Shown here: positions 1 to 9,081 of the stretch, piece by piece
Layout: every line of letters begins with the position of its first letter
Position numbering within the stretch: position 1 is the first letter of the stretch
Origin: Candidatus Latescibacterota bacterium
GTDB taxonomy: Bacteria; Latescibacterota; UBA2968; UBA8231
Reading direction: 5' to 3'
NCBI GenBank assembly: GCA_965203175.1
Contig: OZ241867.1
Location: 1,056,001-1,120,000, forward strand
DNA length: 64,000 bases
The notes under the pieces: model-generated
The model's database searches: none
Seen by the model: the letters and a program-made list of their open reading frames with translations, nothing else
Told to the model about the DNA's origin: nothing
Position numbers and translations under genes: made by a program

Positions 1-588
1 GTCTGGCTGGCTCACCCCCATTGGAGTTCGATCAATATCCTGCGCGACGCGGTGCCGCTTTCAGGGTTCGCCGGCATTGAGGTCTTCAACACCACCTGTC
101 GCTGCGCCGGACGCGGCGAGTCGAGCGTGCATTGGGACGACTGGATGGACCTAGAGGATCGCCTCTACCCCGCGCTGGCCAACGACGATTCGCACGCCCT
201 CGAAGCCGACCAGCGCGACACGTACCAGGGCTGGACTTGGGTCCGAGTCAAAGAGCGCACCGCCGACGCAGTCGTCGCCGCTCTAGTCGCGGGCGCGTCG
301 TACGCCAGCACCGGTCCCGCAATCCACGACATCCAGCTCCGCCGCACCGACCGCGAGGGTGACGACCGCACCCAAGTCGAAGCCACAGTGTCCTGCTCGC
401 CGGCGCAGCGCATCGTCGGAGTGTCCGACTCTTTCGGCACCGAGTACCACCAGCACGGTGACCTCTTCGAGACCGCGACCTTTGCGCTCAGGGCCAACGC
501 CCGCTGGGTGCGCTTCGAGATCGTCGACGAACGCGGCCGCAAGGCGTGGTCCAATCCGTTTGACCTGACCGTACTCGAACGGGCCTAA
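1..588 (+). CDS. PHP-domain (CehA/McbA-like) metallohydrolase, 5'-truncated by window edge
   Basis: Open frame from base 1 (VWLAHPHWS...GIEVFN...ANDDSH), matching PHP motifs AHP, ExxN and xDxH; C-terminal beta domain ends AWSNP. Confidence 0.7.
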   Translation, partial: VWLAHPHWSSINILRDAVPLSGFAGIEVFNTTCRCAGRGESSVHWDDWMDLEDRLYPALANDDSHALEADQRDTYQGWTWVRVKERTADAVVAALVAGASYASTGPAIHDIQLRRTDREGDDRTQVEATVSCSPAQRIVGVSDSFGTEYHQHGDLFETATFALRANARWVRFEIVDERGRKAWSNPFDLTVLERA

Positions 589-594
589 TCGGAT

Positions 595-1842
595 CTATTT
601 CTGCGTCGGCACGCGGCGCGACCAATCTTGCTTGTCAACCCAGCGCTGCTGTTCAAGGGCCATTTGCTGGGCCTTGTCGTAGTAGTGGGGATTGTTCGAC
701 AAGGGATGGTTGGCGCGGATCGCCCCTTCGGGGAAGAGATACCAGTCCTCGCGGCCCACTACATAGCCGCGAATGTGGGCGCGGGGCGCATCGTCGGTGA
801 TGTAATTGACTACGTAGAGCGTCCCGTCGGGTAGTTGCACCCAGCCCGAATAGCCGCTGTCGGCCGACAGGGCGCGGTCGTTGTCCAAAAAGGCGAAGCG
901 GGCCTCAGTGTCGCCCTGGGATTGCTCTGGGTCGGCTGAAGCACTCGCCCGGGCAGGTGAGCCGCGCAAAGCCTCCGCCGCGGTCTCCACGTAGAGTCCC
1001 AAGGAAGTAGCAAGGCCGCAGGCGACCCGATAGGTAATGGCCACCTCCCCCGAGCGCAGGCGACCAACCGAGGGGCGGCCCAGACAGCGCATCATGTGCG
1101 TGCGCACCGGCACCGACCACGTCCGGCCGCCATCGCCGGAAAAGCTCTTCCAGCCGCTCAGGCCCTCGCCGTCCTCGCGCATGTAGAGCACCAAGGTGCC
1201 GTCGCCCATTTCGGCAAAATCCCCCTCGTTCAAGCGCCAAGGCCCCCCGGTGCAGGGCGCACCTTCGGGGTCGGGCACCTTGAAAGGACCTTCCCACATC
1301 TGGCCCCGGTCGGCGGACAGATAGCACGTCTGCACTTCGACGAAATCCTCAGTCCCCCGCTGGCCGGGCCACTGCTCGGTGAGGCCGACGATCAGGTCGC
1401 CGTTGGATAGTTCCTTGATGGAGGGGACGATGCCCTCAGTCATGCCGGTCTCCTCCGGCCCCTCCCACGTGGCTCCGTTGTCGTGGCTGCGCAACAGGAG
1501 GTTCATGCAGATGCCCGGCTCCAAGTATTCTTCAAAGGTATTCTTGAGTAGCAAGTCGACGATGAGCAGCAAAGTCCCGTCGCGGCAGGCGGCGATGCGC
1601 GAGCAATTGAGCCGTCCCAGCCCTTGGGCAGTTTCCCCCTCAGTGCGCTCTACCACCACTTGGCGCGGGCTCCAAGTCAGGCCGCGGTCGAAGCTGCGGC
1701 GCACGATTATGCGCGAAAAGGGACGTGAACTGTGTCCCATGCTCTCGCGATACGTGCATACCAAGGTGCCGTCGGCCGCTTGGGCCACATCGGCGAAGGC
1801 CTCATAGATCTCGTCGTTGCGCGATACAGTGATCGTCTGCAT
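595..1842 (-). CDS. BNR/Asp-box repeat sialidase-like beta-propeller protein
   Basis: Four Asp boxes (SFDRGLTW, SHDNGATW, SADRGQMW, SGDGGRTW) and DSGYSGWVQLPDG; start taken at MQTITV. Confidence 0.8.
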   Translation of the reverse strand: MQTITVSRNDEIYEAFADVAQAADGTLVCTYRESMGHSSRPFSRIIVRRSFDRGLTWSPRQVVVERTEGETAQGLGRLNCSRIAACRDGTLLLIVDLLLKNTFEEYLEPGICMNLLLRSHDNGATWEGPEETGMTEGIVPSIKELSNGDLIVGLTEQWPGQRGTEDFVEVQTCYLSADRGQMWEGPFKVPDPEGAPCTGGPWRLNEGDFAEMGDGTLVLYMREDGEGLSGWKSFSGDGGRTWSVPVRTHMMRCLGRPSVGRLRSGEVAITYRVACGLATSLGLYVETAAEALRGSPARASASADPEQSQGDTEARFAFLDNDRALSADSGYSGWVQLPDGTLYVVNYITDDAPRAHIRGYVVGREDWYLFPEGAIRANHPLSNNPHYYDKAQQMALEQQRWVDKQDWSRRVPTQK

Positions 1843-1987
1843 GGTTGCCTCTCGGTTTTGGGTGAGTGCATGACAATATACGATACGACTGGATTGCCGC
1901 CGGATGGTGGCTTGCCCCCCCAACCCCCTTCTCCTACCTTCCCTCTCCAAATCCGCTAATACCGCCCCCTGTCGAGAGACCAACATC

Positions 1988-3181
1988 ATGGCCGACCGCC
2001 CCAGAATCGCCGGCATCGTCACCGAGTACCGCAAGTACTCCCACGCCCAGCACATCTGCGACCGCTTCCTCGAAGGCTACGGCTGGAACAGCCGGCACCA
2101 CCGCCCGCCCATGGATCTGGTCTCCCTGTACGTGGATCAGCGTCCCGAAGGCGATCTAAGCCAAGATCGGGCGACCCGCTTTCCCCACATGGTGATCTAT
2201 CCCACCGTCGCCGACGCTCTGACGTTGGGCGGGTCAGATTTGGCCGTTGACGGCGTCCTACTCATCGCCGAGCACGGCACCTACGGGCGCAATGAAAAGG
2301 ACCAACACCTCTACCCGCGCTACGAGCTTTTCAAACAGATCGCCTCAGTCTATCGCACGACCGGCAAGAGCGCGCCCGTGTTCAACGATAAGCATCTCTC
2401 TTGGAATTGGGACTGGTGCCAAGAGATGTACGATGTCTCGCAAGAGCTCGACTTCGCCTTCATGGCTGGCTCGTCGCTGCCCGTTACCTGGCGCACCCCC
2501 TCGCTCGACATGCCCCTTGGTGCCGAGGTCGAAGAAGCAGTCTGCGTCTGCTATGGCGGCGTCGATAGCTACGACTTCCACGGCTTGGAGACCTTGCAGT
2601 GCATGGTCGAGCGCAGAAAGGGCGGCGAGACCGGCGTCAAATGGCTCCGGGCCTACCGCGACGATGCCTTCTGGCAAGCGCACGCCGAGGGTGTGTGGTC
2701 GCGCGAGCTTTTTGAAGCCTGCCTCTGCCGCAGCCACACGCTCACCCCAGCAAGACCCGGGTTCAACAATCCCTTCCCCACCATCGACGAACTCAAGCAC
2801 CTAGTCGAGAGCCCCGTCGCCTACCAGTACGAGCACGCCGACGGCCTCCTCTCAACCATGATGCTAATGAACGGATTAGTCCAAGATTTCAACTTCGCCG
2901 CTCGGCTCACGGGACAGGACGAGCCGCTCTCGACTCAGATGTACTTGCCCATGCCCCCGGCCCGCACCACGCTGGCCAATTTCTTCAGCCCGCTGGCCAA
3001 CAACATCGAGCAGATGTTCCTGACCGGCAAAGCAACCTATCCAGTCGAACGCACCCTGCTCACTTCGGGCTTGGTCATCGCCGGCGTCGATAGCCTTCAG
3101 CAAGATCAGATCCAAGTCGAGACGCCCCACCTAAACATCGCCTACCAAGCCACCGAAGAATCCACTTTTTGGAGGACCTAG
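1988..3181 (+). CDS. Conserved hypothetical protein, Gfo/Idh/MocA-like fold (paralog 1)
   Basis: SHAQH, IxEHGxY, FNDKHLS, AGSSLPVTWR, FHGLE, ERTLL motifs shared with the next gene. Confidence 0.65.
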   Translation: MADRPRIAGIVTEYRKYSHAQHICDRFLEGYGWNSRHHRPPMDLVSLYVDQRPEGDLSQDRATRFPHMVIYPTVADALTLGGSDLAVDGVLLIAEHGTYGRNEKDQHLYPRYELFKQIASVYRTTGKSAPVFNDKHLSWNWDWCQEMYDVSQELDFAFMAGSSLPVTWRTPSLDMPLGAEVEEAVCVCYGGVDSYDFHGLETLQCMVERRKGGETGVKWLRAYRDDAFWQAHAEGVWSRELFEACLCRSHTLTPARPGFNNPFPTIDELKHLVESPVAYQYEHADGLLSTMMLMNGLVQDFNFAARLTGQDEPLSTQMYLPMPPARTTLANFFSPLANNIEQMFLTGKATYPVERTLLTSGLVIAGVDSLQQDQIQVETPHLNIAYQATEESTFWRT

Positions 3182-3229
3182 TTTCTCTTAAGGCCCCCCT
3201 CGCCTCTTTCCCTGGAGCTTTCGTCGCCC

Positions 3230-4411
3230 ATGGCCACCAAACGCATCGCCGTCATCGCTACCATCTATCGCTACCTCTCGCACGCCCAGCACTTTGCCGA
3301 CCGCTTCGTAGTCGGCTATCCCCACGGCGGCCGCTGGCACCGTCCCGACTGCAAAATCGTCTCGCTCTACGTCGATCAGCAGCCCGAAGGCGACCAAAGC
3401 CAAGACCGGGCGCGCGAATTCGACTTCTCAGTGTACCCCACTATCGCCGAGGCCCTGCGCTGCGGCGGCGATGAGCTAGCCTGCGACGCAGTGCTGATCA
3501 TCGGCGAGCACGGCGAGTACCCCAGAAACGACAAAGGACAGGTTCTGTACCCGCGCTACGAGTTCTTCAAAGAATGCGTCGAGGTCTTTGAAGAAGACGG
3601 CCGCACCGCGCCCATCTACAACGACAAGCATCTCTCCTACAGCTTTGACAAGGCGCGAGAAATGGTCGACGACGGCCACCGGCTCGACTTTCCGATTCTC
3701 GCCGGTTCCTCGCTGCCGGTCACTTGGCGTCTGCCCGATGTCGAACTGCCCTTGGGCTGCCAAATCGAAGAGGCGCTGATGGTCGGCGTCGGCGGCTCCG
3801 ACCCCATGGATTACCACGCGCTAGAGGCCATGCAGTGCATGATCGAGCGCCGCTCAGGCGGCGAGACCGGAGTCAAATCCGTGCAATTGATCGAAGGAGA
3901 CGATGTGTGGAAGGCGGGTGAGGACGGCCGCTATTCGCTAAGATTGCTCGACTCCGCCCTCTCGCGCAGCGACTCTCCTTGCGGCAAGACCGACGAGGAC
4001 GGCCGCACCCAAGACCTGCTCGGCAACGGCGAGTTGCCCCGGCTCGTCAAAGAGCCAGCCGCGTACTTCATCGAGCACAACGACGGCCTCAAGACGACCC
4101 TCCTGATGCTCAACGGTGCCATCCGCGACTACTGCTTCGCCTGCAAGATAGCTGGCGAAGACGATCCCATCTCGACCCAATTTTTCTTGCCCCCGACGCC
4201 CAACGTCACGTACTCGGCCTGTCTGGTGGCCAAGATCTGGGAAATGATCGAAACCGGCCAAGCGCCCTTTCCCGCCGAGCGCACCCTCATCGTCAGCGGC
4301 GCGCTCGAAAGCTGCCTGACCTCCAAAGTAGAGGGCCACAAACTGCTTGAAACGCCCCACCTCAAGGTGGAGTACCAAGCGCCAGCCGAATCGCATCACG
4401 GCCGCTTCTAA
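3230..4411 (+). CDS. Conserved hypothetical protein, Gfo/Idh/MocA-like fold (paralog 2)
   Basis: Co-linear paralog of 1988-3181 with the same motifs. Confidence 0.65.
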   Translation: MATKRIAVIATIYRYLSHAQHFADRFVVGYPHGGRWHRPDCKIVSLYVDQQPEGDQSQDRAREFDFSVYPTIAEALRCGGDELACDAVLIIGEHGEYPRNDKGQVLYPRYEFFKECVEVFEEDGRTAPIYNDKHLSYSFDKAREMVDDGHRLDFPILAGSSLPVTWRLPDVELPLGCQIEEALMVGVGGSDPMDYHALEAMQCMIERRSGGETGVKSVQLIEGDDVWKAGEDGRYSLRLLDSALSRSDSPCGKTDEDGRTQDLLGNGELPRLVKEPAAYFIEHNDGLKTTLLMLNGAIRDYCFACKIAGEDDPISTQFFLPPTPNVTYSACLVAKIWEMIETGQAPFPAERTLIVSGALESCLTSKVEGHKLLETPHLKVEYQAPAESHHGRF

Positions 4412-4445
4412 CAACTTAGATCAACCTGTAGAAAGGAAGCATCCT

Positions 4446-5465
4446 ATGTCCTCCATCCCCACGCGCGCTTTGCGCACCGGCGTCGAGCTAAGCACGCTCG
4501 GCTTTGGCGGTGCCCCTTTGGGCGAGCTTTTCGACCCGGTCAGCGAAACCCAAGCCCAAGACACCCTGCAAGCGGCCTGGGACGCTGGTATCCGCTACTA
4601 CGACACCGCTCCGTTCTACGGTTACGGCAAAAGCGAACACCGCCTCGGCTACTTTCTCCGCCAGCAGGAGCGCAAGGACTTCGTCCTCTCGACTAAGGTC
4701 GGCCGAGTGCTCACAGCCACCCGCGACCTCGATTCTTTCGAGAAGGGCTTCTGGATCGGCGGCCTGCCCTTTGACTATCGCTTCGACTACGGGTACGACG
4801 GCATCATGCGCTCGTGGGAAGACAGCTTGCAGCGGCTGGGTCTCAATTCCATTGATCTACTCCTAATCCACGACCTCGACAGCTTTTTCCACGACAGCGA
4901 GCAGCGCTTCTCCGCTCACCTCAACCACCTAATCACCAGCGGCTGGCGCGCCCTCGACGAGCTGCGTTCCCAGGGACTGATCAAGGCCGTTGGCGCGGGC
5001 CTCAATCGCATGGGGGCCATGCCGCGCCTGCTCGACGGGGTTGACCTCGACTTCTGCATCGTCGCCATGCCCTATACGCTCTTGGACCAAGACTCCCTCG
5101 ACGAGGAATTCCCCCTCTGCGAGGAGCGCGACGTGCGCATCGTCATCGGCGCGGTCTTTGCTTCCGGCATCCTCGCCTCCGGCCCAGTCGAAGGTGCCCG
5201 CTACGCCTATGACACCGCCTCGCCCGAAATCCTCGCAAAGACCCGCCGCATCCAAGCCGTCTGCCAGCGGCACGACGTGCCCTTGCCCGCCGCCGCCATG
5301 CAGTTCCCGCTCGGAAACCCCCTCGTTGCGGCCATTATCCCCGGCGCGCTCACACCAGAGCATATCGAGACCAACGCACAGCGATTTCAGCACGAAATAC
5401 CAACGGACCTGTGGGCCGAGCTAAAGGCGGAAGGCCTGTTGCGCGAAGATGCGCCGACGCCGTAA
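4446..5465 (+). CDS. Aldo/keto reductase (D-threo-aldose 1-dehydrogenase-like)
   Basis: LGFGGAPLG, YYDTAPFYGYG, LSTKVGR, SLQRLG, LLIHD; AAGGA RBS upstream. Confidence 0.9.
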   Translation: MSSIPTRALRTGVELSTLGFGGAPLGELFDPVSETQAQDTLQAAWDAGIRYYDTAPFYGYGKSEHRLGYFLRQQERKDFVLSTKVGRVLTATRDLDSFEKGFWIGGLPFDYRFDYGYDGIMRSWEDSLQRLGLNSIDLLLIHDLDSFFHDSEQRFSAHLNHLITSGWRALDELRSQGLIKAVGAGLNRMGAMPRLLDGVDLDFCIVAMPYTLLDQDSLDEEFPLCEERDVRIVIGAVFASGILASGPVEGARYAYDTASPEILAKTRRIQAVCQRHDVPLPAAAMQFPLGNPLVAAIIPGALTPEHIETNAQRFQHEIPTDLWAELKAEGLLREDAPTP

Positions 5466-5492
5466 GGAATCCCAAGGCGGACGAGGTCAACG

Positions 5493-8400
5493 ATGAACCA
5501 CGCGCCCCCGAGCCAGAAGGCATTCGGGCACATCCTCGGACAGCAATACACAGTTTTCGACGGGCTGGCTGGGATGTACGTGGAAGACATCTACCAAGAC
5601 CGCCACGGCCTCCTCTGGATCGGCACAACCGACGGCGGCGTAAGCCGGTTTGACGGAGCGCATTTTGACACCTTCGGCCTGTCGGACGGGCTGCCCCATC
5701 TCACCGTAACAACTATTGTCGAAAACGCGGACGGACGGCTGTTATTCGGCACGTTCGGCGGCGGGCTGGCTGCATACGACGGGCGCGGCTTTCAGGTGTA
5801 CACCACCGAACACGGGCTGCCTTCCAACGAAATATTGGGCTTACAAACCCAAGCCGACAGCTCGGTGTGGGTGCTAACCACAGCGGGAGTGGGTCGGTTC
5901 GTCGAAGGACGGTGCGTAAAATGCACGACGGAACTAGCGGGTCAGCCTCTAGGACTGGTGTACGATATGGCGACCGACTCGGCGGGCACGACTTGGCTGG
6001 CGACGCAGGGGCGCGGAGTCCTCAGCATGGATGGCCAGCGCATGAACACAGACTCAGGCGATGATCACGACGCGATGCAATTGCAGTGGCCTTGGAATTT
6101 CGCTCAAGACGCTGCTGGCAACCTGTGGATTGCTTTCCGTTACGTAGGCGCAGAAGTAGTTGTCGGTCGCTACGGTCCCGCGAGCCAACAATTCGAGAGC
6201 ATCCGCGCGGACGATGGGGCTGAGGGGGCGGAAGTCGTCCAGCATGGAACGCGCCATGTGCGCGTGGACGACCGCGATCGGCTCTGGCTGAGCCGCCGGG
6301 GCGTGCTAATGTACGACGGAGAGAAATGGCATCCTTTCTCAGCCGGCTTACCGGATGTTCACTTTTCGGATACGCGCCTGACCTACGAGGATAGCGAGGG
6401 GAATATTTGGGTGGGGCTGTGGGGTGGCGGGCTGATCTTTTGCGATCCAATCAGTATTCAGCTATACGACAAAAAAGACGGCCTACCCGACAACGAGGTT
6501 CGGTGTCTGAGGGAAGACCAAGAGGGCCGGATCTGGATTGGCACGACCGGAGGCTTAGCCTGCTTAGAGGACAGCCGGATCCGTCCGGTGGAGGTCGGTT
6601 ATACCGTCTTATCTATGGCAGTAGATCGACAAGGGCAGGTTTGGAGTGGCGGCCCCGATGGACAAGTATTCAAGTCGGTAGGCAGAGAAACCCAAGCGAT
6701 CGCGGTGATCGCAGGGGGTGTAGAAATCGAGATGTTGTTCCAAGGCCGAGAAGGGGACTTACTCGCCTGCACTTCCAAGGGGCAACTAGGACGGATCGAA
6801 GCGAACCGCTTCATCGAGATTGAGGAGCTGCAATCTCAGGACTGTAGAGTCGTGCTACAGGATCGAGAAGGCTCCTTCTGGATCGGCCTCTATGGAATAA
6901 GGCCGGCTCTATACAATTACAAGGACGGTCATCTTTGCGCGTATGACATGGCCGGCATGGAAGCCGTCGTTTATGTGAATGCTTTGTGCGAGTACCAGGA
7001 CGCGATTTGGGTGGGAACCGTCCATGGCCTTTTCGCCATTGACTACCAAGCCAAAGAGGTGCGCCAGTTTACAGTTGACCAAGGCGATCTGTCCGCCAAT
7101 GGCATTCTGGCCTTGGTGGCCGACCCGCAGCAAGCATGCCTGTGGATTGGGACCAGCGGCGGTGGGGTGCTGAAATACGACGGTCGGACCTTCCAAAGCA
7201 TCCGTCTCGGAAAGTCCGCTCTTGAGAATGTCGTCGAAGCCATTCTGCGCGATAGCCAAGGTCGGCTGTGGTTCGGAACGCGGGCCGGTCTCATTGCGTA
7301 TCAGCCCGGGGAGACGCCGCCTCGCATCCGCATCCGCCAAATCGTGGCCGGGCGCACTTTCGACGAACCCCAAGCCGTGTCCTGCCCGGATAGCACGCCC
7401 GAGATTCAGTTCCACTTCCAAGGCCTCAGCTTCAGGAGCGGGGCCGAGCAGATGCGCTACAGCCATCGGCTCGTCGGCCACGGCCCGGCCGACGAGTGGA
7501 GCGCGTTCGCGCCTGCCAATAGAGTGACGTACCAAGACGTGCCGGCTGGCCTGTTTCACTTTGAAGTGCGGACCGTAGATCGGGATGGCTTGATGTCGGA
7601 CATAGCTCGCCTAGAAGTGCGAGTGGTACCTACCCACCTCCGGCGTCTAGAGCAAATGCTGCGGGTCTCGAATCAGGGTTTTCTCAGCCAGAGCCAAGCC
7701 ATGGCACGGCTCTTCGAACAGGTCGAATCAATGGCCGAGACGGATATGACAGTGCTGGTGCTGGGCGAGACTGGAGTCGGCAAGGGAGTGCTGGCGCGGC
7801 TCCTCCACAACCTCAGTCCGCGCCAAGCGAATCCCTTTATACCGGTCAATTGCGGAGGCCTGTCCGCCGGCCTGATCGAAAGCGAACTGTTCGGCCACGA
7901 AAAGGGAGCCTTTACCAGCGCGGATGCGCAAAAGATCGGCTACTTTGAACGAGCCGATGGCGGCACTTTGTTCCTCGACGAGGTGGGCGATCTGCCCTTA
8001 GACTCCCAACGGGCCTTGCTCCACATCTTGGAGGAGGGCCACCTGACGCGCGTCGGCGGCGAGCAGTCCATCCCGGTAGATGTGCGGGTCGTCGCCGCGA
8101 CCAACAAGGACCTGGAAGAGGCTATTCAGGCGGGGACGTTCCGCGAGGATCTGTTCTATCGGCTGAGCGTACTCTCCTTAGTACTGCCGCCCCTGCGAGA
8201 GCGTCAGGAGGACATCCCGCTCTTGGCAACGCATTTTGCGAGCCGGTGTGCCGAACAGCTCGGGCGGCCAACGCCGGTTTTGGGCGAGGAGGTGGTGGCG
8301 CATTTGCAGCAATATGCGTGGCCGGGGAACGTGCGCGAGTTGGAGCACGTAATCCAGCAGGCAGTCGTGTTGGGCGACAGGGACGTCATTCAGGTGGCGG

Positions 8401-8633
8401 ACGTGCCGTTTCAGGCTGCCGAGGCGGAGCTTGCCCTGCCTGTTGAACAAGGGTTCGACTGGAGTGCTGAAGATGAGGACGAAAAGCAGCGCATTTCGGC
8501 GGCCCTCCAAGCCACCAACTGGCGGATCTATGGCCCCCGAGGGGCGGCTCGATTGTTGGGCATGGGACCGGAGAAGCTGCGGTATCGCATGCGCAAGCAT
8601 GGATTGCAACGACCAGAGAAGCCGTCGCAGTAA
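5493..8633 (+). CDS. Sigma-54-dependent activator (bEBP) with N-terminal two-component-regulator propeller repeats and Y_Y_Y domain
   Basis: Repeated DxxGxLWxGT units and GLPxN; Y_Y_Y-like segment (MRYSHRLVG...YQDVPAGLFHFEVR); GETGVGK, ESELFGHEKGAFTSA, GTLFLDEVG, FREDLFYRL, WPGNVREL; C-terminal Fis-type HTH. Confidence 0.9.
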   Translation: MNHAPPSQKAFGHILGQQYTVFDGLAGMYVEDIYQDRHGLLWIGTTDGGVSRFDGAHFDTFGLSDGLPHLTVTTIVENADGRLLFGTFGGGLAAYDGRGFQVYTTEHGLPSNEILGLQTQADSSVWVLTTAGVGRFVEGRCVKCTTELAGQPLGLVYDMATDSAGTTWLATQGRGVLSMDGQRMNTDSGDDHDAMQLQWPWNFAQDAAGNLWIAFRYVGAEVVVGRYGPASQQFESIRADDGAEGAEVVQHGTRHVRVDDRDRLWLSRRGVLMYDGEKWHPFSAGLPDVHFSDTRLTYEDSEGNIWVGLWGGGLIFCDPISIQLYDKKDGLPDNEVRCLREDQEGRIWIGTTGGLACLEDSRIRPVEVGYTVLSMAVDRQGQVWSGGPDGQVFKSVGRETQAIAVIAGGVEIEMLFQGREGDLLACTSKGQLGRIEANRFIEIEELQSQDCRVVLQDREGSFWIGLYGIRPALYNYKDGHLCAYDMAGMEAVVYVNALCEYQDAIWVGTVHGLFAIDYQAKEVRQFTVDQGDLSANGILALVADPQQACLWIGTSGGGVLKYDGRTFQSIRLGKSALENVVEAILRDSQGRLWFGTRAGLIAYQPGETPPRIRIRQIVAGRTFDEPQAVSCPDSTPEIQFHFQGLSFRSGAEQMRYSHRLVGHGPADEWSAFAPANRVTYQDVPAGLFHFEVRTVDRDGLMSDIARLEVRVVPTHLRRLEQMLRVSNQGFLSQSQAMARLFEQVESMAETDMTVLVLGETGVGKGVLARLLHNLSPRQANPFIPVNCGGLSAGLIESELFGHEKGAFTSADAQKIGYFERADGGTLFLDEVGDLPLDSQRALLHILEEGHLTRVGGEQSIPVDVRVVAATNKDLEEAIQAGTFREDLFYRLSVLSLVLPPLRERQEDIPLLATHFASRCAEQLGRPTPVLGEEVVAHLQQYAWPGNVRELEHVIQQAVVLGDRDVIQVADVPFQAAEAELALPVEQGFDWSAEDEDEKQRISAALQATNWRIYGPRGAARLLGMGPEKLRYRMRKHGLQRPEKPSQ

Positions 8634-8673
8634 GAGCCTGTCCGAAAATCACGGACTGACGCGTTCCTCCCCT

Positions 8674-8716
8674 TGTCATACTGAGCGCAGCGGAGTCGAA
8701 GCACCCCATACCCAAG
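8674..8716. repeat. REP-like dispersed element, copy 1
   Basis: TGTCATACTGAGCGCAGCGGAGTCGAAGCACCCCATACCCAAG, similar to 25584-25631. Confidence 0.6.
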
Positions 8717-8767
8717 GGGTCTAAGCGTAACATCTATTATGGATTAGAGAGGCTGCCGCTAATCTGT

Positions 8768-8830
8768 AAAAAATCGTTCAGAGTCGTTCAAAAATCGTTC
8801 AAAAATCGTTTATTTAAACGAAAAATCGTA
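8768..8830 (+). promoter_or_regulatory. Phased repeats (AAAATCGTTC-like), candidate upstream activator sequence
   Basis: TCGTT at 8774, 8784, 8795, 8806 and TCGTA at 8826, about 130-190 bp upstream of a sigma-54 motif. Confidence 0.5.
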
Positions 8831-8904
8831 GATCAGCTTGCAACGCCATCCAATGTCTACCGCGTAGAGAAACATTTTTTTGCTATTTAAGTTCTATATT
8901 TTTC

Positions 8905-8937
8905 AATCCTTTAGGGTAACTCCTAAAGGATTTTTTT
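8905..8937 (+). terminator. Intrinsic terminator-like hairpin
   Basis: AATCCTTTAGG-gtaact-CCTAAAGGATT stem with a run of T at 8931-8937. Confidence 0.6.
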
Positions 8938-8954
8938 GTTCTCACCCCTGATAA

Positions 8955-8970
8955 TGGCACGAAATGTGCA
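8955..8970 (+). promoter_or_regulatory. Sigma-54 (-24/-12) promoter
   Basis: TGGCACGAAATGTGCA = GG-N10-GC, directly downstream of a bEBP gene and 112 bp before the next start. Confidence 0.75.
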
Positions 8971-9081
8971 TTACGTCGATTCCAAGAGCCATAAAACAGT
9001 TTACGCAGTTTGGACGAAGACCTCTTATAGAGCAACAAACCGTCCACCAACCGTCCCTAGCCTTAGCAAAGGAGGCTTCAG

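Noticed and set aside
8768-8830. CRISPR array or replication iterons
   Set aside because: Units are only 10-11 bp with no spacers, and there are no cas or rep genes nearby.
8901-8913. IHF site TTTCAATCCTTTA
   Set aside because: One mismatch to consensus, and it overlaps a hairpin better explained as a terminator.
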